Assembly: GCA_963739455.1 (NCBI GenBank)
Contig: CAVUAK010000001.1
Location: forward strand, 1,440,001-1,504,000
Reading direction: 5' to 3'
Source: an uncultured Gemmatimonadales bacterium
Lineage (GTDB): Bacteria; Gemmatimonadota; Gemmatimonadetes; Gemmatimonadales; GWC2-71-9
Length of the DNA: 64,000 bases
Of the stretch, positions 1 to 11,528 are shown one piece after another. The translations under genes and the position numbers were made by a program. The stretch's first letter is position 1. Every line of letters starts with the position of its first letter. The notes below the pieces were generated by a model. That model saw only the letters and a list, made by a program, of their open reading frames with translations. It searched no databases and had not been told where the DNA came from.

Positions 1-2003
1 TTGCCGACCCTGTCCGACGGGGCGTCGGTCCAGCTGGTGGCGACGGCATTCTCCTGTGACGACACCCCGCTGAGTGTGCCGTCGTTCACCTGGTCGAGCG
101 GCGATGCGACCACGGTATCGGTGAGCACGTCGGGGATGGCGGTGGGCGTGAAGGTGGGCGGGCCGGTGACGGTGACGGCGGTGGCGCAGGGGAAGCAGGG
201 GACGGCCCACGTACTGGTGGCGCCACGCTCGGTGGCATCGGTCGAGGTGAGCCGGCCACCGCGAACGTCGCGGTGGGACGCACCAGCACGCTGGTGGCCA
301 AGGCGCTCGACGCCCAGGGCAACGAGCTTGCCGGGCAGCGCGCGGCGACGTGGAGCAGCAGCAACGAGGCGCTGGTCACTGTGTCGCAGGGGGGTGGCGA
401 TCACGGGCGTGGCCGCGGGCGGACCGGTGACGGTGACGGCCACGATCGAGGGCCATTCGGGCACGGCGCGAGGTGACGGTGGTGGAGGCCGCAGTGGCGA
501 GTGTCACGGTGACGCCGCCCACGTCCAATATCGAGGCTGGATCGACGGCGCAGTTGAGTGCGGAGCTGAAGGATGACGAGGGCAACGTACTGACGGGCCG
601 GGCGATCACCTGGAGCACGTCGGATGCGCTTCGCGCGTCGGTATCCAGCACCGGCCTGGTGACGGGGCTGGCGCCGGGTGGTCCGGTGACGATCCTGGCG
701 ACGTCGGAAGGGCGGAGTGGCGGATGCGCAGGTGACGGTGACGCCGGCTCCCGCAGTGCGGCTGGCGTTCGCCGCTCAGCCAGGCAATGCGGCGGCGGGT
801 GCCAACATCCCGCAGGTGCGGGTGGAGATACAGAATTCGCTTGGCGGGCGAGTCACCACGTCGAATGCATCGGTGACGCTCTCGCTGGGTTCCAACCCCG
901 GGTCGGGCAACCTGACCGGCACGCTGACGGTTGCCGCCGTCAACGGTGTGGCGACGTTCAGCAACCTCAAGATCGACCAGCCGGGAGCGGGCTACACGCT
1001 GGCCGCGGCGTCGTCCGGGCTGACGGGTGCGACGAGCACGCCGTTCAACATCACGGCTGGCGCGCCGACGTCAATTCGCTTCCTGGTGCAGCCGACCAAT
1101 GTTGTGGCCGGCGCCGAAATGGCGCCGATGCAGGTGGAATTGCTCGACGCGCTGGGGAACCGGGCCAGTGGTTCAAGCGCGCAGGTTACCCTGTCGCTGG
1201 GGAACAATCCGGGGGTGCCACGCTCAACGGGCACGGCGACGGTGAACGCGAGCAGCGGGGTGGCAACGTTCGCCGGATTGAGCCTCAACCAGGCTGCGAG
1301 CGGCTACACGCTGGTGGCCGCTACGGCAGGGCTCTCCCGCGTTACCAGCAACGCGTTCGACGTGTCACCCGGCGAGGCGGCAGCGATCGTGTTCACTGTG
1401 CAGCCGAGCAACGGCGACAGCCGGGGCGCCGATTGCGCCGGCGATCGTGGTGGAGGTACGCGACGGGTTCGGGAACCGGGTGACGAACGTCGGCGACGCC
1501 AGTGTCGCTGTCGCTCAGCAACAATCCCGGTGGGGCGACATTGGGCGGCACGGTTGTCGTCAACACCGTCGATGGCGTGGCGACATTCGACGCGGTGACG
1601 CTGGACCTGACGGGTGCAGGTTACACGTTGGTCGCGGGATCAGGGGCGCTGAATACCACCAGCGCCGCATTCGACGTGACACCGGGGCCGGCGGCGAGGC
1701 TGCGGTTCTTCGTGGGGCCGCCCCCGTCGGCATCGCTCCAGCAGACGCTGGCCCCGCCGATACAGGTCGAGATTCTCGACGCCCATGGCAATCGGGTGAC
1801 GACGTCGGCCGCCAGAGTCGCCGTGAGCAAGACTGGCCCCGGCGGCCCGAACAGGCTGGCGGGAACCAAGGACAGGACAGCGCAGAATGGCGTGGCGGTG
1901 TTCGATGACCTGCGGTTCACGAGCACGGGAAACTTCGCGATCATGGCGTCATCCCCGCCGCTGAGCGCCATTACGCAGTGCACCAATCGCTGTCGGTTTC
2001 TGA
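1..2003 (+). CDS. Ig-like (Big_2/invasin-type) repeat surface protein, 5'-truncated by window, several frameshifts
   Basis: Repeated 'TWSSxD/N..[22 protein letters not shown]' and 'VNGVATFxxLxIDxxGxGYTL' modules spread over ORFs 1..576, 473..1483, 717..1598 and 1502..2044. Likely true stop TGA 2001-2003. Confidence 0.8.
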
Positions 2004-2015
2004 AGGGGGTACTCG

Positions 2016-3306
2016 TCAGAGCTTGCGCGTCTTCCGCTTCATGAAGTCCATCAGGATGAACTGCCCCAGCGTCATCGTGTTGGTGAAGTAGGCCTTCCCG
2101 CGACAGATCTCCGACACCTGCTTCACGAAATCCACCAGCTGGCGATCGCGCGCGAGCATGAAGGTGTTGATCATGATGTCCGATGCGCCGGCAGTTCGCC
2201 ACCTCGCGGTAGGTCGCCTCGAGGATCTTCGGGTCGAGTCCCATCGAATTGACGTAGATCCGGCCGTCGGGCAGCGTGCAGCGCCGACGGCTTGCCGTCG
2301 GTGATCATGATGATCTGCCGCATGTCCTTCTTCTGCGCCAGCGAGGATGCGCCGCGCCAGCTTGAGGCCTTCGGCGGTGTTGGTGTGATACGGGCCCACC
2401 TGCACGTTGGCGAGCGCCGCCGAGCGGAATCTCCTCGGCGGAGTCGTGAAAGAGCACGACCTGGATGCGAGTCGCCGGGGAACTGGGTGCGGATGAGGTG
2501 GGTGAGCGCCAGCGCCACCTTCTTGGCCGGGGTGAAGCGATCCTCGCCGTAGAGGATCATCGAGTGGGAGCAGTCGAGCATCAGGACGGTGGCCGCCGAC
2601 GAGCGGTACTCCGTCTGGTTGACCATCAGGTCGGGATAGTCGAGCTCGAGCGGCACCTTGAGCCCGCCGCGGGCGATGGCGCTGGTGAGCGTCGCCGGCA
2701 CGTCGAGGTTCAGGGTGTCGCCGAACTCGTAGGGGCGGCTGGCCGCCTCCGCCTCGACGCCGGTGGCGAGGAAGCGGGGTGTCGTGGGCACCGAAGCTCG
2801 ACTTGCCGATGCTGCCGAGCAGGCCCTTGAGCGGTCTTGTAGCCGAGGAAGTCGATGCCCTTCTCGGTGAGGCCGAACTGGACCTGCTGCGGCGGCCTCG
2901 CGGGCCTGGCCGTCGGGGCCGAACAGCGGACTGGTAGCCGGCAGGCACCTGCGGGGCGTTGTCGACCTTGAGGAACCCCTCGTCGATGAGGCGCTGGACG
3001 ATCTGGTCGAGCAGCTCGGCGAGCTGGCGCTCGAGGTCCTCGTCCTTCGCCGGGTCGCCGGTGGACTCGCCGCGGAGCAACTGGAGCATTTCGGGGGTGA
3101 GCTGGCCCGACTCCATCAGCGCCTGCAGGATGGCCTCGCGGAGGGCGTCCATGCCGCGGTCGGGCTCGCCGGGATCGTCGTTCCACGAGGCCACCGCCGC
3201 CGAAACCCGACTGCAGCAGGAAGTCACCCAGCTGGTCGAGCAGGGCCTGCAGGTTGACCGCGTCGGCGAGTTCGGGGAGGAATTTTGAGTAGGTGGTGAA
3301 GCGCAT
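2016..3306 (-). CDS. VWA domain-containing protein (partner of the AAA+ ATPase), frameshifted
   Basis: Start MRFTTYSKF at 3306. MIDAS motif 'MLDCSHSM', '[13 protein letters not shown]' and '[11 protein letters not shown]' lie in different frames. Confidence 0.85.
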
Positions 3307-3309
3307 GTG

Positions 3310-3352
3310 AGTCGGCAGTCGTCAGTCGGCAGTCTACAGTGAGTCGTCAGTC
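3310..3352 (+). repeat. Degenerate heptamer tandem repeat (AGTCGTC/AGTCGGC)
   Basis: agtcggc agtcgtc agtcggc agtc..gagtcgtc agtcg read directly. Confidence 0.75.
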
Positions 3353-3410
3353 GCTTCCCATGGTACCCCGAATTGGCGGAGAGTTCAAACTTCCGCTTAC
3401 GTTTCGAGAC

Positions 3411-4655
3411 GTGACTGCCCCCGGCCTCATATCCCGGATTCCCGGGTCCCTTCCTGCGCTCCGTTCCCGGAACTTCCGGTTGTTCATCACCGGCCAGCTC
3501 ATCTCGTACACCGGATCGTGGCTGCAGACGGTGGCGCAGGGGTGGCTGGTGCTGCAGCTGTCCAACTCCGCGTTCATCGTGGGACTGGTGACGGCGCTGG
3601 GGTCGCTGCCGATCCTCCTGTTCACGCTGTATGGCGGGGTGCTGGCGGACCGGGTAAACCGCCGGAAGACGGTGATGGTCCTGCAGGCCTTGCTGGCGGT
3701 GGAAGCGCTGGCGCTGGCGATCCTCGTGGTCCTCGGACACGCCACGGTGCACTGGATCATGGGGCTGGCGCTGTTCACCGGGCTGGTGACGGCGTTCGAG
3801 GTCCCGATCAGGCAGTCGATGGTGGCGGAGCTGTCGGGTCGGGAGTCGCTCATGAACGCGATCGCGCTGCAGTCGTCGGTGTTCAACCTGGCGCGCGTGC
3901 TGGGGCCCGCGTTCGCCGGGGTGATCATCGGGATCTGGGGCGTGGCCGCGTGCTTCTTCCTCAACGCAGCCAGCTTCCTTGCGGTGATCTGGGGACTGTG
4001 GCGGATGGACCTTCCCAATACGCCACCAGCCAAGCCAGGGGTGGACGTGATCGCGGCGTTCAAGGAAGGGGCTCGCTACGTGCGGCATGAGCGGTGGCCG
4101 CGCGCGCTCATGATCCTGATCGCCTCCACGACAATCTTCGGCTTCTCGTTCCTGGCGATGCTGCCGGTGTTCGCCCGCGACGTGCTGGGAAGCGATGCCG
4201 GCGGGTATGGTGCGCTGGTGTCGTCGGTGGGCGTGGGCGCCCTGTCGGGTGCGCTCTTCCTGGCGGCGTTCGGCGGCGCCATGCGGAAGCGGCGTCTCGC
4301 GCTCATTTCCGCGGCGGGCTTCGGGACTGCCCTGGTGGCGACGGCGCTCGCGCCGAACTACTGGGTGGCGTTCGGGTTGCTGGCGGTGGTGGGGTGCAGC
4401 ATGGTATTGCAGAGCATCAGCGCCAACACGCTGCTGCAGCAGGAGGCACCGGATCACCTGCGTGGCCGGGTGATGGGCTTCTACTCGTTCGTGGTGCTGG
4501 GGATGGCGCCATTCGGGGCGCTGCAGATCGGGTGGGTGTCACAACACTTCGGGACCCGGGTGGCGTTTGGGCTGGGCGGGGCGCTGTGTGTGGCGGTCGC
4601 GATTTATGTGTGGAGGGTGGTGGTGGTGGGGCGGAGAGGAACCACAACAGCGTGA
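3411..4655 (+). CDS. MFS transporter (MFS_3/H+ antiporter-like)
   Basis: 'NFRLFITGQLISYTGSWLQ', 'GGVLADRVNRR', 'PDHLRGRVMG'; about 12 hydrophobic helices. Start GTG 3411 is an estimate. Confidence 0.9.
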   Translation: MTAPGLISRIPGSLPALRSRNFRLFITGQLISYTGSWLQTVAQGWLVLQLSNSAFIVGLVTALGSLPILLFTLYGGVLADRVNRRKTVMVLQALLAVEALALAILVVLGHATVHWIMGLALFTGLVTAFEVPIRQSMVAELSGRESLMNAIALQSSVFNLARVLGPAFAGVIIGIWGVAACFFLNAASFLAVIWGLWRMDLPNTPPAKPGVDVIAAFKEGARYVRHERWPRALMILIASTTIFGFSFLAMLPVFARDVLGSDAGGYGALVSSVGVGALSGALFLAAFGGAMRKRRLALISAAGFGTALVATALAPNYWVAFGLLAVVGCSMVLQSISANTLLQQEAPDHLRGRVMGFYSFVVLGMAPFGALQIGWVSQHFGTRVAFGLGGALCVAVAIYVWRVVVVGRRGTTTA

Positions 4656-4697
4656 GGGGGAACTGCGACTGCGTGAGGAGGAACTGCAACTGCGGAG
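4646..4697 (+). repeat. 21-bp tandem repeat, 2 units plus partial (RACNGCGTGAGGRGGAACTGM)
   Basis: aacagcgtgagggggaactgc gactgcgtgaggaggaactgc; near-identical array at 22477-22526. Confidence 0.85.
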
Positions 4698-4704
4698 GTA
4701 GCGC

Positions 4705-5343
4705 TTGATCATCACAATATCCCGGCAGTTCGGGGCGGGCGGCGCCGAGGTGGCGAAGCGGGTCGCGGACCGGCTGCAGTGGCGCGTGGCGGACAATGAG
4801 TTCGTCGATCGCGTCGCGGCGCGGGCGGGGCTCACGCCCGATGAAGTGGCACTCCGGGAGGAGCGGGTGCCCAATTTCATCGAGCGACTGGCCTGGGCGC
4901 TCGCTTCCGCCTCGGCGGAGCTGGCGGTGCCGACCGGTGCCACGATGGAGGGATTGAGCGAGCCGCTGATGGTGCGGGTGACGGAGAGTGTCGTCGCGGA
5001 GATTGCGCGCGAGGGACGGGTGGTGCTGGTGGGGCGCGGTGCCGCCGCCGTGCTGGGAGAACGGGAGCGGACGCTGCACGTGCAAGTGGTGGCACCGGTT
5101 GGCATCCGAGCGGAGCGGATTGCGGGGCGGCTCAACATCCCGGTGGAGGAGGCACGAAAGAAGATCCAGGAGACGGACGGGCGGCGGGCCAAGTATCACA
5201 AGGAGTACTACGGGCGGGACTGGGCGGATCCGGTGAACTATCACATCGTGATCAACACGGGATACCTGGGCCTGGACGGAACGGCGGACCTGGTCGTGCG
5301 GGAAGCGGGGAGGAGGGGGTGGGCGTTTCGACAACAGTCGTGA
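4705..5343 (+). CDS. Cytidylate kinase-like family protein
   Basis: 'IITISRQFGAGG', 'VLVGRGA', 'D.RRAKYHKEYYGRDWADPVNYHIVINT'. Confidence 0.88.
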   Translation: MIITISRQFGAGGAEVAKRVADRLQWRVADNEFVDRVAARAGLTPDEVALREERVPNFIERLAWALASASAELAVPTGATMEGLSEPLMVRVTESVVAEIAREGRVVLVGRGAAAVLGERERTLHVQVVAPVGIRAERIAGRLNIPVEEARKKIQETDGRRAKYHKEYYGRDWADPVNYHIVINTGYLGLDGTADLVVREAGRRGWAFRQQS

Positions 5344-5364
5344 GTCGTGAGTCGTGAGTCGTCA
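5337..5364 (+). repeat. Heptamer tandem repeat (AGTCGTG)3 + AGTCGTC
   Basis: agtcgtg agtcgtg agtcgtg agtcgtc. Confidence 0.85.
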
Positions 5365-5371
5365 GCCGTTC

Positions 5372-6845
5372 CTAGCCGAATGAGATTCCGCCTTGACCGT
5401 GACCCTGATCCTTCTTGCGCTCGGGGCGAATGCGAGAGTAACCCAGTTCATCACTGCGGGTGATCTTCTTCTGTGCGGCAAGACCTTCCAGGATCAGTTC
5501 GCAGGCGGCGACGACCTTGGCGGTCTCGTTGCGACCGGCGAGTTCACCAGCCACCACGGCGTTGACGAGGCCGGGCACCACCGAGAAGCCCTTGAGGCAG
5601 ACGTCGGTCTTTTCGTCTCCTGCAATCTTGAGCGCGCCGCCGCTGTCGAACCACGCCACGATCGAAGCGAGGTCGAGATGACCGATGCGCTCCATCATGG
5701 TGGCCCCGGCAGCGCGGCGGATCAGCTCGCGCGCGATGGCGTCGGCGCCCTGCAGTTCTCCCTCGTATTCCAGCTCGAGCTTGCCGGTGATGGACGGCAG
5801 CGCCGCGTAGATGTCGGTGATGCGCGGCGACGACCGTCGTCTCCTTGTGCGCGAGCGCCCGACGCTCGGCGCTGGAGATGGCGTGCTCGAGCACGCTGAT
5901 CGGCAGGCGCTGGCTGACGCCGCTCCGGCGATCGACCCGCTTGTCCTCGCCGCGCCTCGAAGGCGACCCGCTCGACCACCTCGAGCACGAAATCGGGGAC
6001 GTCCACCGGCTTGGCGCCGCGGTCGATCCACGCTTCCTGCGCGCGTGATCTCCATGCCGAGCTCGACGGTGCGCGGATAGTGGGTGAGGATCTCGGAGCC
6101 GATACGGTCCTTGAGCGGCGTGATGATCTTGCCGCGCGCGGTGTAGTCCTCGGGGTTGGCGGTGAAGCACGATGCAGGACATCGAGCGGCAGCCGGACCG
6201 GATAGCCCTTGATCTGGACGTCACCCTCCTGCATGATGTTGAAGAGGCCGACCTGGATCTTGCCGCTCAGGTCGGGCAGCTCGTTGATGGCGAAGATGCC
6301 GCGATTGGCGCGCGGCAGCAGGCCGAAGTGCATGCGTGAGCTCGTCGGAGAGCAGGTGCCCGCCGCGCGCCGCCTTGATCGGGTCGAGGTCGCCGATCAT
6401 GTCGGCGATGGTGACGTCGGGCGTGGCCAGCTTCTCGACGTAGCGGTCCTCGCGCTTGCAGCCAGGCGATCGGCGTGGCGTCGCCGCACTCGGCGACCAG
6501 GTCGCGGCCGAACTTGGAGATCGGGCCGAAGGGGTCGTCGTTGACCTCGCTGCCGGCGATGACCGGAATGACTGGGTCGAGGAACTCGACGAGGGCCCGC
6601 AGGAGCCGGGTCTTGGCCTGTCCGCGAAGGCCGAGCAGGATGAAATCGTGCCGGGCCAGGACGGCGTTGACGATCTGGGGGAGGACGGTGTCCTCGTAGC
6701 CGACGACGCCCGGGAAGAGGGGCGTGCCTGCCTCGAGGGCCTGGATGAGGTTGGCCCGAAGCTCCTCCCGGACGGTGCGTCCGCGGAGTGGGGCGTCGTT
6801 CCAGGGGCTGTTCTTGAGGTCAAAAAGCGAATGTGGCTGGCGCAT
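5372..6845 (-). CDS. Mg-chelatase/MoxR-like AAA+ ATPase, frameshifted
   Basis: Walker A-like '[12 protein letters not shown]', '[16 protein letters not shown]', Walker B-like '[10 protein letters not shown]', '[13 protein letters not shown]' across several frames. Confidence 0.87.
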
Positions 6846-6850
6846 GCGTG

Positions 6851-6856
6851 ATTATA
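6851..6856 (-). promoter_or_regulatory. Perfect -10 box TATAAT 5 nt before the ATG (leaderless promoter)
   Basis: Minus strand TATAAT-cacgc-ATG; no Shine-Dalgarno. Confidence 0.65.
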
Positions 6857-6883
6857 CCCGGGAAGAGCGATTGGGTTTTGGAG

Positions 6884-6982
6884 GGCGGGGAGGGCGGGGA
6901 AGGCGGGGAAGGCGGGGAAGGCGGGGAAGGCGGGGAAGTTGTATGGCTTCGCGTCCTCCCCGTCTTCCCCGCCCTCCCCGCC
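6884..6982. repeat. (GGCGGGGAR)6 followed by 3 inverted copies; hairpin- and G-quadruplex-capable
   Basis: Six units at 6884-6937; ctccccgtc ttccccgcc ctccccgcc at 6956-6982. Confidence 0.9.
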
Positions 6983-7129
6983 TTCATTTGTGCGCAACCT
7001 CACAAATCCCAGCAACTTACCCGTTGACGAACGGTAATACGTGGGTACCTTGCGCGCGGTCGTGGGCGTTGGTCGACGCCGGGCAGTGGTTGGGGGGCAG
7101 GGTCATTCAACTTCGAGGAGTTCGAGCAA

Positions 7130-7444
7130 ATGCGGAAGTTCCTGATGGTGGCCGCGGTGGTTGCGGTTGCGGCTTGTGGCAAGAAGCAGGCGGATACGAC
7201 GGCTGAGTCGATGGGCGCGGCGGCTGGTGCGGCGGTGGACACGGCAGCTCACGTTGCCGACAGCGCGATGGGTGCGATGGCCGATTCGGCCCACGCAGCG
7301 ATGGCCCCGGCAGCGGCAGCGGCAGGCGCGGCGGTTGATACCGGCAAGACGGTGGTGCAGAAGGCTGCTGACGCGATGAGCGCCCCGGCCGCGCCGACCA
7401 CCACCAAGATGGAAGCCGCGCCGGCCGCTCCGGCGAAGCCGTAG
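7130..7444 (+). CDS. Small Ala-rich lipoprotein
   Basis: MRKFLMVAAVVAVAAC lipobox; GAGGAG ribosome-binding site upstream; low-complexity body. Confidence 0.8.
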   Translation: MRKFLMVAAVVAVAACGKKQADTTAESMGAAAGAAVDTAAHVADSAMGAMADSAHAAMAPAAAAAGAAVDTGKTVVQKAADAMSAPAAPTTTKMEAAPAAPAKP

Positions 7445-7452
7445 TTCAGTAG

Positions 7453-8350
7453 TTAAGACAGGGGCAGGGCAGTGACGGTGGCGGGCAGTCCGCCGGCCGT
7501 CACTACCTGACCGGTCTCCACCTCGCGGCGAATGAGCGCGAGGGCGACGCGCCCGGTGGGCAGCGTGAGGATACTCCTCACGCTGCCCACTTCCTTTTCG
7601 CCGAGGAAGATCTTCGCGTCGGTGAGCGGTTCGGTGCTGTCCCAGGCCAGGCCTCGGAGGTCGCGGTTGGTGTGCCCGCGGAAGTGCAGTCGCGCGACGG
7701 TTTCCTGCCCGGTGTAGCACCCCTTCTCGTACGACACGCCGTTGTTTTCATCGAACCGGACTTCCTGCACCAGGGTCTTTTCGTCGATCTCGGCGCCGCG
7801 CTGGGGCCAGCCGGCGAGGATGCGGGCTGCCTGCCACTCGTCATCGGTGGCGGTTCGGGCGCCGTCGAGGGCGAGGCCCTTGAGGGTGTGGGCCATGTCG
7901 TCTGCTGTGCCGAGAACCAAGGCAGTGAAGGGGCTTCGGCCGCTTTGCGGCCTCGCAATGACGGCGGGGGGCAGCGGTGTCGCCGGACCCAGGACGCGCC
8001 ATACCTGCCACTCGTCGGTAAGGTCGGTGACCTTCGCGAGACGGGGCGGAAGCTGCTTCTTGAACAGCTCAGCGGCGGTAGTGCGCGCATCGAGGTCGGT
8101 GATGAAGCAGGAACCGATCGGCGAGCTTGATGACCCAGCAATCGAGGATGATCAGGCCCTTGGGCGTGAGGAGCGCGCCATAGACGAGCGATCCCTCTTC
8201 CGGCTTGTTCAGGTCGTTGGTGAGGAGGCCCTGCAGGCACTGCAGTGCACCGGGTCCGGTGATCGAGAAGACCGCCGCGGGCATGCGGTGCACGAGTGTC
8301 CCGGTCTTGAGGCGCTCGAGGCTCTCTGCGTTCAGCGTGGCCTCAACCAT
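7453..8350 (-). CDS. ygfZ: YgfZ/GcvT-family folate-binding protein, frameshifted
   Basis: Signature 'KGCYTGQE'; N-terminal 'LQGLLTND', 'LLTPKG'. Confidence 0.88.
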
Positions 8351-9011
8351 TGCCGTTGACCCAGGGCAAGTCGGCGGGCAGCCGGCCGGTGAAGTCAGGC
8401 CACACTGAGTCGGCGCCGGTCAGTGCGTCGGCGGGATGCGAGGTCGAGAGCATGGCGCAACGAAGTCCCGCGCCGCGCGCCGCCTTGAGACCGGGGAGGG
8501 AATCCTCGATGACCATGCAGTCAGCGGGATCGGCGTTCAGGGCGGCGCGGGCCTGGTTGTAGCCGGCGGGGTCGGGCTTGCAGTCGGGGACATCTTCGGC
8601 GGCAACGACGAGCTCAAACAGGGGCGCGATGCCATCGGCCGAGAGAACGAGGTCGATTTCCCGCCGGAGGGCGCCGGATACGATGGCCAGCCGATGCCCC
8701 GCCTCGGCGCAGGCGCGGACGAATTCGGAGGCACCGGGGACCATCGGCATGTTCGCCTTCACCAGTCGCTCCCAGGCGGCGTTCTTCCGCTCGGTGGCAT
8801 CCGCGATGCTGGCGGCGTCGGAGGGGCGGTTGGCCTGGGTGAAGCTGTAGCGGAAGCATTCGCGGTCATCGAAGCCGAGATAGTCGCGATAGTAGGTATC
8901 GCGATCGAGGTCGATGCCGTACTCAGCGAGGGTGTGGATGAGCGCCTCGCAATGCAGCGGCTCGTCGTTGATGAGGACGCCGTTGAAGTCGAAGAAGATT
9001 GCTTTCGTCAT
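8343..9011 (-). CDS. HAD-family phosphatase (beta-PGM-like)
   Basis: 'IFFDFNGVLINDE', 'KPDPAGY', 'VIEDSLPG'. Confidence 0.88.
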   Translation of the reverse strand: MTKAIFFDFNGVLINDEPLHCEALIHTLAEYGIDLDRDTYYRDYLGFDDRECFRYSFTQANRPSDAASIADATERKNAAWERLVKANMPMVPGASEFVRACAEAGHRLAIVSGALRREIDLVLSADGIAPLFELVVAAEDVPDCKPDPAGYNQARAALNADPADCMVIEDSLPGLKAARGAGLRCAMLSTSHPADALTGADSVWPDFTGRLPADLPWVNGNG

Positions 9012-9023
9012 TCCCGGAAAATA

Positions 9024-9059
9024 GGCGGGGAAGGCGGGGAAGGCGGGGAGGGCGGGGAA
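9024..9059 (+). repeat. (GGCGGGGAR)4
   Basis: Four units read directly. Confidence 0.9.
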
Positions 9060-9066
9060 ACAGGTC

Positions 9067-10315
9067 CTACTGTTGGCGGCTGTAGAGGCCGCCAACGCGA
9101 TAGGACTCGTCCAGCAACTCTACCGGGTGAAGGACGGCGGTGTCCATGCCGGCGACGCGGAGGCCGGCGCCGATCTGCATGTGGCAGCCGGGATTGCCGG
9201 TGGTGACAACGCGCGGCACCGGCGAGGCAGTGGCGATGCCCTTGATCTTGTCGTCGAGGACGGCGCGGGCCATGTCGGGGTGCAGCATCGAGTAGATGCC
9301 GGCGCTGCCGCAGCACTTGTCGGAGCCCGGAAGCAGCCGCAGGCGCAGTCCGGGAATGGCGTTCAGCACGGCGAGCGGCTCGGCCTGGACCTTCTGCGCA
9401 TGCTGAAGGTGGCAGGGGGCATCGTACACCACATCGAGCGGCAGGGGGCCTCCCTGCCGAGGTCCCTTGGCGGCGAGCAGTTCGGTGACGTCGCGCACCC
9501 GGTCGCCGAACTGTTCACCCTCGCGGGTGCCGAGGAGGTGGCCGTACTCCTTGAGCAGGGCGCCGCAGCCGGCACTGTTCACCACGATGAAATTGGCGCG
9601 GCTGCCGAACGCCTTCACGTTCTGTCGCGCGAGCGACTCCGCGCCGGCGCGATCGCCGGCATGTTCATGCAGCGCGCCGCAGCAACCCTGCCCGTCGATC
9701 TCCACCACGCGATAACCATTGGCCTCGAGCACGCGCCGGGTTGCGTCGTTGACGTGGCGAAAGACGGTGTCCATGACGCAACCGCGGAACAGGGCGACCG
9801 TGGGTGCGGAATGAGAGATGTGAAAGCTCGGGAAGGAGCGGGGCTTCTCGGCGCGCTTGGTGGAGGCGAGCATGCCCATGCTGAAGCCAAGGCGGCTGCC
9901 ACTCGACCAGCGAGCCGGCAGTCCAGTCATGCGGAACCAGCGCGCCAGCGTGAGCAGCTGTCCGCCAGATGACCCGATGAGAGAAGACGGCGAGGATGGC
10001 CCGCGCGGCAGGGGCGATGCCGCGCTTCGCGGCGAGGATCTCGCGCGCGGCTTCCAGGCCCTGACCGTAGCCCACGCCAGACGGGCAGGCGGGCTCGCAG
10101 CCGCGGCAGCCGAGACAGGCATCGATGTGCTGGGTGAGGGCGGGATCGTCGGCGCCGATCTCGCCGCGCTCGAGTGCGCGCATGAGCACGATGCGCCCGC
10201 GCGGGCTGTCGGCCTCGTCGCCGGTGGCGAGGTAGGTGGGGCAGGCGGGAAGACAGAATCCGCAGTGGACGCAGGGGTCCAGCGCGGTGAACCGCGAGTC
10301 GGTACTACCGGCCAT
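9067..10315 (-). CDS. glcF: Glycolate oxidase iron-sulfur subunit, frameshift near 9970
   Basis: '[14 protein letters not shown]', '[15 protein letters not shown]', 'QGCCGAL', 'CCGSAGIY'. Confidence 0.9.
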
Positions 10316-11528
10316 CACCATCGCCCTCGAGCGCCACGCTCAGCAGCAGGCCCGGATCGAATGTCTCCCTGAGCCGGCTCACGAGCGCACCGACGCCCTC
10401 ACGATAGGCACCGAAGTGCCCGAGCTGCTGGCGAATGGCCCAGGGCGCGCGCTCGAGGGTCATGGGAATTTCGCGCGACGCGGCGGTGCGACGAAGCGCG
10501 CGCAGGGCATCGATGCGTGCCTCACCACTCCAGCGAATGCCACCGGCGCTGCCGACACCGGCCGTGATGAGGCCCTCGTCGAGCGTCGCGGCGAGCATGT
10601 CGAGCGAATCGTCGAGTCCCGGCTGCAGCACACCGAGCCGGAGCGTGACGGCGCCGCCGAGCACGGCGCGCGCCGAGAGGTGCCAGAAGGAACTGGCGCG
10701 CTCGACGGGGAGCTGCTGCCAGACGAGCGACGTGGCGGCGACAAGCCGCCGGGCCTCGGCGGCAACGCCGTCCTCGGTACCCATGAGGCGCGCGGCCAGG
10801 ATCCAGTCAGGCTCGGCCGCAATGGCGGGCGAGAAGAGCTCGAGGGCCTGCAGCGAGAGCCGCGCATCGGTAAGGTCGCGCGCGACGCTCGTGAGGTGGT
10901 CGCGACTGGCGCGGGTGATGAAGGTCTGGTCGGCGCGCGGAAGGGCACGGAGCCGGAGGTTGAGCTCGGTGATGACACCGAAGCCGCCGAAGCCACCGAT
11001 CTGCAGCTTGCCGAGGTCGTAGCCGGCGACGTTCTTGACGACACGCCCGCCGGCGCGGACAACGCGCCCGTCTCCGGTGACCACGCTCAAGCCGAGTACG
11101 TGATCGCGAACCGGACCGAAGCCCTGGCGCAGGGGGCCGGCGGTGCCGGCGGCCACAATGGAGCCGATGCTCCGCTCCGGTCGACCGGGCGGGTCGACGG
11201 CGAGCCACATGCCATCGTCGGCAAGACGCCGGCGCAGCGTGCCGATGGCGACACCGGCATCGACTGTGGCGACGAGATCGGCGGGACTGACACTGGTGAC
11301 GCGATCGAGCCCGCGGGTACTGACCGCGAAGTCAGCGGGGGCGTCGCTGGAGAGCCAGGTGCCCTGTCCCTCGATGCGCGCGCGCCAGTTGCGTCCGTGC
11401 GCCAGCGCAAAGAGCCGCGCCATCGACTCGGTGTTGTCGGGAACCACGCGCGGGAGCCCGGCGGGGTCGCGCTCTACACCGGAGGCGCCGACGATCTCGC
11501 GAAGCCGAGCCAGCATGCCGTCAATCAT
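10305..11528 (-). CDS. glcE: Glycolate oxidase FAD-binding subunit
   Basis: '[16 protein letters not shown]'; lies between glcD and glcF. Confidence 0.87.
   Translation of the reverse strand: MIDGMLARLREIVGASGVERDPAGLPRVVPDNTESMARLFALAHGRNWRARIEGQGTWLSSDAPADFAVSTRGLDRVTSVSPADLVATVDAGVAIGTLRRRLADDGMWLAVDPPGRPERSIGSIVAAGTAGPLRQGFGPVRDHVLGLSVVTGDGRVVRAGGRVVKNVAGYDLGKLQIGGFGGFGVITELNLRLRALPRADQTFITRASRDHLTSVARDLTDARLSLQALELFSPAIAAEPDWILAARLMGTEDGVAAEARRLVAATSLVWQQLPVERASSFWHLSARAVLGGAVTLRLGVLQPGLDDSLDMLAATLDEGLITAGVGSAGGIRWSGEARIDALRALRRTAASREIPMTLERAPWAIRQQLGHFGAYREGVGALVSRLRETFDPGLLLSVALEGDGDGR

Noticed and set aside
2016..4457. 813-aa ORF as a single protein
   Set aside because: Chimera of the MFS antisense frame and fragments of the frameshifted VWA gene.
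6221..7015. ORFs containing PAFPAF or GEGGEG peptides (also the extended starts at 9095 and 13766)
   Set aside because: These are translations of intergenic 9-mer repeats; real starts lie downstream at the TANNNT-adjacent ATGs.
8985..9011. HAD motif DFNG instead of DxD as a novelty
   Set aside because: DxN variants occur in this HAD subfamily to my knowledge; not distinctive.
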